Source: Eledone cirrhosa | Lineage: Eukaryota | Direction of reading: 5' to 3' | DNA length: 64,000 nt | Assembly (NCBI GenBank): GCA_964016885.1 | Contig: OZ024750.1 | Location: forward strand, 3,224,001 to 3,288,000 | In this document: positions 54,860 through 64,000 of the stretch, in pieces | Layout: every line of letters starts with the position of its first letter | Position numbering within the stretch: the stretch's first letter is position 1 | Program-made: the position numbers and the translations under genes | The notes under the pieces: generated by a model | Database searches by the model: none | What the model was told of the DNA's origin: nothing | Seen by the model: the letters and a program-made list of their open reading frames with translations, nothing else

Positions 54860-55462
54860 ATAATTGTTTCTACTTTAGGCACAAGGCCAGCAATTACCCA
54901 GTGCATTACTGGTACTTTATTTTATCGACCCCGTAAAGGATGAAAGGCAAAGTCAACCTCGGCGGGATTGACTTTGCCTTTCATTTAATGTCATTAAATA
55001 ATACTATAGTAACGGTGTAGACACAAGGAGGGGGGAGGGAAAGTCAATTAAATTGACCCCAGTACACCACTGGTATAAATGTCATTAAATAATACTATAG
55101 TAATGGTTTCTGATTTAAGCACAAGGCCAACAATTGGAGGGGGGGGTCAATTAAATCGACCCCAGTGTGTCACTGGTACTTTATTTTATCAACCCTGTAA
55201 GGATGAAAGGCAAAGCTAACCTCGGTGGGATTTGAACTCAGAACATAAAGCGTCATAACTAAGCCACACAGCATGGTGTCCGAACCTCTACCGATTCTGC
55301 CAATCCACCGCCCTCATTAATTATTAATAATAATAATAATAACAATTTCTGATTTAGACAAGGCCAACAATTTGGAGGGGGCAGAGAAAGTCGATTAAAT
55401 TGAAACCAGTGCATTACTGGTACTTTATTATCTCGACCCCGTAAGGATGAAAGGCAAAGCTA
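54860..55462 (-). mobile_element. Cluster of 4 or more SINE family 1 copies or fragments
   Basis: Repeated cacaaggcc...ctggtactttattttatc...ggatgaaaggcaaag segments. Confidence 0.85.
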
Positions 55463-55883
55463 ATGGATGCAAGATTTCATAGCTCTAGCATCACTCCTTC
55501 ATAGTCATCCTATAAACCTCTCAGCCACCCTCAACCCTCGTACATTTCCACCCTTCTGTTGATGACTCAATAGTTTCACTGTGATATCAATACAGGAAAT
55601 ATAGGTTTGGTTGTCAAAATAGAAACTATTTTAGAGAAACCCAGGTGTCAATAGACAGGAAACTAACAAGTTACAATAACCTTACACACAATACTGAAAC
55701 TACGCCACTTAACACAAAGCCCTAGCCACAATAAATCAGTTCCCACAGTGAAATCAACATAATACTAAACTGTAAAAGGAGGAAATCCTAAAATTGAATA
55801 ATGCCCCCTTCAAAAAAAAACAATTAAAAATAACATTGGAAATTATTTACACATGACATAATATATCTTGATAAAAATAAAAT

Positions 55884-55926
<43 letters not shown>

Positions 55927-56000
55927 AGGGAAATCATAACAAGTCTCTCAAAATATCCCAATGTTTTCAGTACCCCAATATAGACACACAGATACACACA

Positions 56001-56041
<41 letters not shown>

Positions 56042-56057
56042 GTATAAATATATAGTA

Positions 56058-56240
56058 ATAATTGTTTCTACTTTTGGCACAAGGCCAGCAATTACCCAGT
56101 ACATTACTGGTACTTTATTTTATCGACCCCGTAAGGATGAAAGGCAAAGTTAACCTCGACGGGATTTGAACACAGACCGTAAAGGGACGTAACTATGCTG
56201 GAAAGCATGGCGTCCGACTCTCTACTGATACTGCCAATCC
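56058..56240 (-). mobile_element. SINE family 1 (minus); further copies at ~5607-5745, 26790-26985, 49015-49215, 62255-62378, 62910-63000
   Basis: Reverse complement of the family consensus; TSD atatagtaataat. Confidence 0.87.
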
Positions 56241-56280
56241 ATATATAGTAATAATAATAAATATATAGTAATAATAATAA

Positions 56281-56517
56281 ATATATAGTAATAATAATAA
56301 ATGTGAAGACTAAAATCCAAAGAGGGCTCGTTAAGGGTGAAAGCAGCGATTCTTTGATTAAACTTTAATCTGTTATTTTAATATATATATATATATATAT
56401 ATTAAAATAACAGATTAAAGTTTAAGCAAAGAATCGCTGCTTTCACCCTTAATGGGATCTTCTCAAACTAAAAAGATTTTTAGTCTTCGCATTTATTATT
56501 ATTACTATATATATATA
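56281..56517. repeat. ~237-bp palindrome centred on (TA)n
   Basis: The inner arm ttaagggtgaaagcagcgattctttg... and the outer arm atagtaataataataaatgtgaagactaaaa are mirrored on the right side. Confidence 0.92.
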
Positions 56518-57000
56518 TCCAGCGAATTTTCCGACTGTTAAGGTTGATTTCCATGGGTATGTCATTATTTATAAAATAAATCTTGTATTTTATCTGATGA
56601 AAGTGCACCAAGATTGCTTGGTCACCCTTGAAATATATATAATAAAATAAATATGGTTTTATAAATATAGTTTCCATTTATTAATATCTTGGTATATATA
56701 TATATATATTCAGTTTCTACAATTTCTATATGCCAATTTTAGGCATACATTGTATTTATTATCTGTGGTACACTTAGTTATGTCACTTGTTCCAAAAATA
56801 GTAAGTAGAATTAAGATTTAGCGTCAGCATAGCTGTATACATACATGTATGTGAATTTCGTATATCTAAGGATTTATATTGCTCTGATAACTTTTGTCCG
56901 GAATCTCCAGTTTGTCTGACTGACAGATTGACCCTTACTTAGCATGAATTGAGTCAATAAAATGTTTGCAACTAAGTCGTAGATTTAAGCATTCTAAGAG

Positions 57001-57459
57001 CCATTCTCTCATCGGACAAACCATTCTCTTATTGAACAAACCTTTCTCTCATCGGACAAACCATTCTCTCATCGGACAAACCGTTCTCTCATCGGACAAA
57101 CCGTTCTCTCATCGGACAAACCGTTCTCTCATCGGACAAACCGTTCTCTCATCGGACAAACCATTCTCTCATCGGACAAACCTTTCTCTCATCGGACAAA
57201 CCATTCTCTTATCGGACAAACCTTTCTCTTATCGGACAAACCTTTCTCCTATCAGACAAACCTTTCTCTCATCGGACAAACCTTTCTCTCATCCGACAAA
57301 CCATTCTCTCATCAGACAAACCATTCTCTCATCAGACAAACCATTCTCTCATCAGACAAACCATTCTCTCATCAGACAAACCATTCTCTAATCGGACAAA
57401 CCATACTCTCATCGGACAAACCATTCTCTCATCGGACAAACCATTCTCTCATCGGACAA
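57001..57459. repeat. 20-bp minisatellite x23
   Basis: ccattctctcatcggacaaa with variants grouped in blocks (ccg/cct, cag). Confidence 0.97.
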
Positions 57460-57974
57460 TGTGTAAAATGGAAATTGGTGAAAGAATATTAAAGTTACAA
57501 TGAACTACTGTGTAAAAATGTTTATGAATTTAACTGTATAATGGCATTTAGAGATGTTACATGAGCAATGTGAATAGAAGCAAAATATTGTTTCATATTG
57601 AAATATCTAACCCAGAACTATTCATCTTCATGCCTATGATTGGCTTAAGAGATCAAACAACCACAATATTGTCTTGTCTAACAAGTTACATAATGTTCCA
57701 ACTTTACCACAATTTCTCACGTTTTGATCTAACTTTCTGAAAGATTCCTTTAACTTTGAAAAGGAAATTTTTAGCTTGATATCTTATCACCTCCTGTCAC
57801 TAAAATTCCAGAGACAAGGGATACTTTGTCCATCGCATCAGGTGCTGAATTTTTGTGATTTATCAGTTTTTGCCATTCAACACAAGAAATCTACTCTCAA
57901 AACTGGAACCTAAGGTCATAATATATAACGTAGGTTTCAAAAATTCCATTATTAGCTCTCTTAGAAGTATAATA

Positions 57975-57976
<2 letters not shown>

Positions 57977-58054
<78 letters not shown>

Positions 58055-58127
58055 GTGTGTGTGCATGTGTGTGCATGTGTGTGCATGTGTGTGTGTGCAT
58101 GTGTGTGTGTGCATGTGTGTGTGTGCA

Positions 58128-58173
<46 letters not shown>

Positions 58174-58191
58174 CGTGTGCGTGTGCGCGCG
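57977..58191. repeat. (TG)n/(TGCG)n alternating purine-pyrimidine tract; other long microsatellites at 23222-23305, 23469-23520, 25480-25556, 53625-53840
   Basis: Direct inspection. Confidence 0.95.
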
Positions 58192-58252
58192 TTAGGTAAT
58201 TCCAAAGGAAAAGCAAAGGAAAAAAAGAGTGCTCTATGTATAGAACAGAGCT

Positions 58253-58472
58253 ATTTAATTAGAAAGTGAACAACACAAAATATAACTACTCCATTACCAA
58301 AGGTTTCTGGATCACAGACAATAATAATATATGTCTGGATCGGTTGGCAAACAGAGATGTTATGGATAAACATCTCTGTCTGACGACCAGACATATATTA
58401 TTATTGTCTGGGATCCAGAAACCTTTGGTAATGGAGTAGTTATATTTTGTGTTGTTCACTTTCTAATTAAAT
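58253..58472. repeat. ~220-bp near-perfect palindrome (foldback) next to (TA)n
   Basis: The left arm atttaattagaaagtgaacaacac...tgtctgg is the reverse complement of the right arm ccagaca...gtgttgttcactttctaattaaat. Confidence 0.95.
58374..58436 (+). ncRNA. Type I hammerhead ribozyme-like motif (Penelope-type), probably impaired
   Basis: Stem I CTCTGT/ATGGAG; core CTGACGA (58380-58386); stem II CCAGACA/TGTCTGG; unpaired GATCCA; GAAA (58418-58421); stem III ACC-TTT-GGT; GUA cleavage triplet ending at 58430. Confidence 0.6.
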
Positions 58473-59410
58473 ATATATATATATATATTCTATCCTGATT
58501 TATATTTATATACATAAAGCAAGAAGGTTTAGGTAATCTGTTCAATCCTGTATAAAATACTGACTTTTCTTAAATGCCATATTGTGTTTCAAGTCAACAT
58601 TGAAAATAGCAAAACTCTGGGTTTTGGGGATTTTTTTTTCAGAAATAATCAGATATTGAAGAATTCCTTGAAAACAACCTCCAAGAAATGTGGTTTGAAA
58701 CTTAATGGAACTTTCTGTTCAATATAAGCAATTACTTTTTCTTTGAGTAAGATATATGTCAAGATGATTGATGGAGAAAGAAGTTCAGGGGGAAAGAAAA
58801 GACTTGTTCAACAATTTGAAAATAAAATTGCAAACTGCTTATTTAACAGTTGAAATTATCTTCTGTAGTTTTTTTAAACTTGAACTTGTACTTAGTTTCC
58901 ATCTCAGCCTGTACATCAATTCCTGTAAGAAGCACTTCCTTCTCTATAGTTTCTTGCACTTGTCTTCCTTTTCATATATCCTGTTAAATCAATTTAGTTC
59001 AGTTTTTATGAAGCAAAGTCGTGCTGAACAGCTGGTGACTAGTTTCTGTTGTCTTTCTTAGCAGTTCTGATGATTCTTAGCTGGCGTTATTCAACCAATT
59101 CTTTGCTGACAATTATTCTATGTTACTACAAGTTTTAGTGAGAGATGGGGCGAGATGGGAGAGAGAGGCAGTGACAGTGGGGGTTTGGTTCTATTGTGTT
59201 TGGACCTGGTATATATGTATATATTTATTTACCACACCACATATACAACTCTCAAGTAAAAACAATATTGATATATTTTACAGGAATTGACAAGCTTTGT
59301 AAAATTGCACAATATTTTATGATTCTGATGCTGCAACTCTGCACTTTTAGTTCCCCTCCATCTCCATATAATTGTTTTGAACTTAAGATAACACATTATT
59401 AAGGCCTTGT

Positions 59411-59600
59411 GGGCGGTGGATTGGCAGTATCGGGAGAGAGTCGGACACCATGCTTTTCAGCACAGTTACGTCCCTTTACGGCCTGAGTTCAAATCCTGTC
59501 GAGGTTAACTTTGCCTTTCATCCTTACAGGGTTGATAAAATAAAGTACCAGTAATGTACTGGGTAATTGCTGGCCTTGTGCCTAAAGTAGAAACAATTAT
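59411..59600 (+). mobile_element. Full-length SINE family 1
   Basis: Same boxes; TSD attattaaggccttgt on both sides. Confidence 0.9.
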
Positions 59601-60802
59601 TAAGGCCTTGTATCTAAGCAATTAGAACAACCAAGGTCTAGAACATTCCTAATACGATAACAGCAGTTTTCTCTGTTTTAATATAGACTCTGATTTGAGC
59701 AGAAGTCAGAACATTTGAAACACTGTTTTTTATTAACAATACATTCTAGAACTCTCTACTGATGTACTTTACAAATCAAATTCTAATCTTATTCAAGAAA
59801 AGTAATGTTCGTTTTTTATTCAAATTAAATCTTACTTTAGATATTTTGTTTCTACTTTTTGTGAATACATCTGAAATACCATCTTCGTAAATCTCAAAGA
59901 TGTTTCTTTATTACTTGGTCTATTTTTAAGAATTAAATTTAAATCTAAATACAAGATCATTCATCTGATGCTTCCTGTAATTACATTTCAATATGTAAGG
60001 TTGCAGCATTAAAACTTTATCAGCTTTGTTTGAACTTCAGAATATCACAAAATAAAAGAACAGTAAAACCTAGCTCTACTCCAAGTTATAGTGCCCTGAA
60101 GCAAGGTTTATTAACAGATGATCATGTCACAGCTACTTTACTACAATAAAGATTAACTGTATAAGGAAATGTTCCCAGGTATCAAATAAACAAGAAACAA
60201 GTTAGTTAAAATAGTTTCACACAAAATGCTGAACTGTGGGTGATGCTTACATAAATCTCTATTAACAGACAGTTCTCACAATACCAAACATAAAATGTTG
60301 CCAACTTGGTGAAAGATATTAAAACATTGATGTTTTAACCATTTTAACACAAATCCATCCCGATTAAACTGTTCAAATTTAAACAAAGCTTATGAATTAA
60401 CACAGCTCTGGGAGTGTTTGAAATTTTAATGTGTGAGTTTCCCAAATGCAGAAAACAAATGATGTAACCGACAATTATTATAGATAATAGTTGAGAAAAT
60501 TACTCTTAGCAATATAGTCACTGCTGTCCGCTTTGTCTTTTATCTCTAAGGGTAATTTACCCAATTTTTTCAACAATTATCTATAGTGATTGACTTGTTA
60601 AAGTTATTTTCTGCAATTAGGACACCCACATATTCCATGTTCAAATTTACATTTAAACCTTGGACTGAAATCTTATTGTATACTAGATAATATTAAGTTT
60701 CAGTAGTTAAATATTTGTCTATTATTATTATTGTTATTATTATTATCTTCCAACATAATTTGACAAAAGAGTTTTTTGTTAAATCATATTACAAATACCA
60801 TC

Positions 60803-61093
60803 TTAACCCTTTAGCATTTAAACCAGCCATATCTTGGCAGAATTCTCTCACCTCTTTCTATTCAAACCAGCCATAACTGGCCACTCATACCGATGTTACA
60901 GTATTGTTCTCAAAATAAATAATATCATATCAAAATCACATAGGTTCAATATTTTGTAGTATAAAGCCTTTACCATGAAAATACAATAGTAAATATAGAT
61001 AATGTAAATGTTATGTGAGATATTATGTGGTATAAATCCTTTACTTTGACATACAATAGTGTATATAGAGTAATGTAAATGGTAAAGTGCTAA
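60803..61093 (+). mobile_element. piggyBac-type MITE family A with two copies of the 72-bp unit
   Basis: Family left TIR; aaagcctttac...aatgtaaatg segment duplicated; right TIR degenerate. Confidence 0.8.
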
Positions 61094-61138
61094 TAAAGAA
61101 ATAATTTATTATTATTTCTTTAAAACGGTGGATTGGCA

Positions 61139-61329
61139 GGGCGGTGGATTGGCAGTATCGGTAGAGGGTCGGACGCCATGCTTTCCAGCATAGTTACGTC
61201 CCTTTACGATCTGAGTTCAAATCCCGCCGAGGTTGACTTTGCCTTTCATCCTTACGGGGTCGATAAAATAAAGTAACAGTAATGCACTGGGTAATTGCTG
61301 GCCTTGTGCCTAAAGTAGAAACAATTATT
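61139..61329 (+). mobile_element. Full-length tRNA-derived SINE (family 1)
   Basis: A box TGGCAGTATCGG, B box GAGTTCAAATCC, core GCCTTTCATCC...GGGGTCGATAAAAT, tail GTAGAAACAATTATT; TSD attatttctttaaaac. Confidence 0.9.
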
Positions 61330-63025
61330 TCTTTAAAACAGGTTGTTTTGTATCATAGAACCAGAGGTGGTCTTAAAAGGGTTAATAGCAACTTCTATTT
61401 TTAATGGGAGGTGAGCTATAGAACTCTTCCAAAACATAGATAATATAGAGTTCTTAAGTCAAAAGGAATTTTGTAAATGTATTTCATTCTTTGTTTAGAT
61501 AGAATGTGTTAGGGCTTTAAATAAAACATAGTTTTGTGAAGTACATGATAGCATAGTCTAGAAAATGCAAACAGCTTAAGATGTTTTTTGGTTTCTTTTC
61601 AAGGCAACCAAATTAAAATAATATCTTTGATACTTACACTAAAAATAATACATTGAAAGAAAAAAAATGTCAAAACTTCCTCTTTGTATATCAATTTGAT
61701 ACACACGAAAGTGAACTTCAGTAAGAAATGTGTAAGGTTAAGCTGTGTTGACCTATAAACAAAATGTTAAGCATGTTTTTCTGTTGCAAGAACAACAGTG
61801 AGTTTGACAGGTTTACACTTGTTCTTATAGGTATGTAAGCTTTCATGGAACTTGTAGAAACACTTGGTTGACCCGTAACAACATAATAAGAATATGTGTA
61901 TATCAGTAAAGTATTTTCTATGTACACAACCAAGTCATAATTAAACTCTTGAAATCAAGAGCTGACATAGATGTCCACTTTTACATGTTGACAATAAAAA
62001 GACATAAGATAATATATTACCTTGAATTTAAAAAACTCCAAACGATGGTTATAAATGGTATCAATATAAGTAGAATAACATCCTGAGGACATAATTTAGG
62101 ACAGTGGTTCCTAAGCTTATTTTATTGTGGAACTCTGTTGAGATTTCTCAAAAATCCTTATAAACATATCTATATTTAACAGACAACCTTTGCCAGCCTA
62201 ATTTTAATAAGACATTAACTTAAACAAAAATTGTTTTATAGAGAAGATTTTAATAACCCCAGAAGGCTGGAAAGCAAAGTTGACCTCGGTGGGATTTGAA
62301 CTCAACGTGTAAAGAACAGGAACAAATGCACTAAAGCATTTTATCTAACGATCTAATGACTCTGCCAATCCACCGCCCATAGAATAGAAATTTAGTATTA
62401 AATGATATAAAACTATGTTTTCTGACATGATTGTTATCAAGCAATAACATCACTTAAATGTACATATATCTTGAGTGGAAGTCATGTTTTGTCTACATCT
62501 ATAAAAACTAAAGTAAGCAATTACCAACATGACATCATTACAGGAAAACCCAATCTGTTATTTATCTTCTACATTCCTAACATTTAGATATAAACTTGGG
62601 AGTGTGCACATTGTCTATGTTGAGAAAGGAGATAATTATTAAATAAGATACAGTTTATTATTCATATAAGGCCCTGAGGCTGTGAATTGGAAGAGTCGTT
62701 AAGATGTCAGATTAAAAATGTCTCTGTTTGTTCTGGTTCAATGTGCCCTGATTTCATATCCGGCCTGGGTCAACTTGTACTTCATCAGCCTTGAAAACAC
62801 ACAGCAAAGACCAGTATTGGTGTCAGACAAACATGTAACAGTATTTGTTCTGGATCTTTACATTCTTAGTTCAATTTCAATTTTCATCCTTTCGAGAGTT
62901 AATAAAATATAATTGTTTCTACTTTTGGCACAAGGCCATCAATTATCCCAGTGTATTACTGGTACTTTATTTTATCGATCTTGTAAGGATGAAAGGCAAA
63001 ATACCATTCAAGTACAGGGACTGAT

Positions 63026-63745
63026 TTAACCCTTTAGCATTTAAACCGACCATATCCGGTCAGAATTCTCACCTCTTTCTGCTCAAATTAGCTGTAACCA
63101 GCCATTCATACTAATGTTAAGGTATTGTTCTCAAAATAAATAATATCAAAATCGATTTTATGTGAGATATTATGTGAGGTAAAGCCTTTACCATGAAAAT
63201 ACAATAGTATATATAGAGTAATGTAAATGTTATGTGAGATATTATGTGAGGTAAAACCTTTACTGTGAAAATACAATAGTATATATAGAGTAATGTAAAT
63301 GTTATGTGAGATATTATGTGAGGTAAAGCCTTTACTGTGAAAATACAATAGTATATATAGAGTAATGTAAATGTTATGTGAGGTATTATGTGAGGTAAAG
63401 CCTTTACTGTGAAAATACAATAGTATATATAGAGTAATGTAAATGTTATATGAGATATTATGTGAGGTAAAGCCTTTACTGTGAAAATACAGTAGTATAT
63501 ATAGAGTAATGTAAATGTTATGTGAGATATTATGTGAGGTAAAACCTTTACTGTGAAAATACAATAGTATATATAGAGTAATGTAAATGTTATGTGAGAT
63601 ATTATGTGAGGTAAAACCTTTACTGTGAAAATACAATAGTATATATAGAGTAATGTAAATGTTATGTGAGGTATTATGTGAGGTAAAGCCTTTACTGTGA
63701 AAATACAATAGTATATATAGAGTAATGTAAATGGTAAGAGTTTAA
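63026..63745 (+). mobile_element. piggyBac-type MITE family A with ~8 copies of the 72-bp unit, nested in a SINE 3' region
   Basis: TTAA flanks; array at 63161-63733; flanks rejoin to gggactgatttaatcaactttcccctccc. Confidence 0.87.
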
Positions 63746-64000
63746 TCAACTTTCCCCTCCCACCAAATTACTGACCTTGTACCTGAAGTAGAAATCCCTA
63801 TAAATAAAATAAAGCCTTAACAAGATATACAAGAATGTTATATTTCTACATCCCTATTCTCTGACTCCCAACATGGTTATTTTAAGACTTCAAGTATCCA
63901 ACAGTAGAGAAGTACATATTATTAAACAGTAAATCTCATTTCCTGTGAAATTACTCTCCAATTCTCTCCAATTCTCTTCTCTGATTGTTATAGCATTAGA

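Noticed and set aside
61139-61230. tRNA gene
   Set aside because: A and B boxes are present but there is no acceptor stem or cloverleaf; it continues into a SINE body with a TSD

Overview
AT-rich, microsatellite- and repeat-dense animal genomic DNA. The SINE/RTE tails and repeat content suggest a coleoid cephalopod such as Octopus; this is an inference. The window holds the 5' part of a dystrophin/utrophin-family gene on the minus strand. I traced eleven GT-AG coding exons by hand (48174 down to 592; 1559 nt in one continuous frame). They encode CH1+CH2 of the actin-binding domain, a polyQ-containing hinge 1, spectrin repeat 1 and part of spectrin repeat 2. Most of these exons are absent from the ORF track, and nearly all track ORFs are repeat artefacts. 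The introns contain TTAA-flanked piggyBac-type MITEs, TA-flanked Tc1/mariner-type MITEs, Helitron-like elements, three SINE families, RTE/CR1/CRE LINE remnants, foldback palindromes and several tandem arrays. Top leads: (1) a ~220-bp palindrome made of two inverted, reciprocally damaged copies of a type I hammerhead ribozyme; (2) minisatellites built from pieces of transposable elements, including a 19 x 45-bp SINE-head array explained by target-site microhomology and a 72-bp MITE array at two loci; (3) inverted MITE pairs bracketing phase-0 exons.
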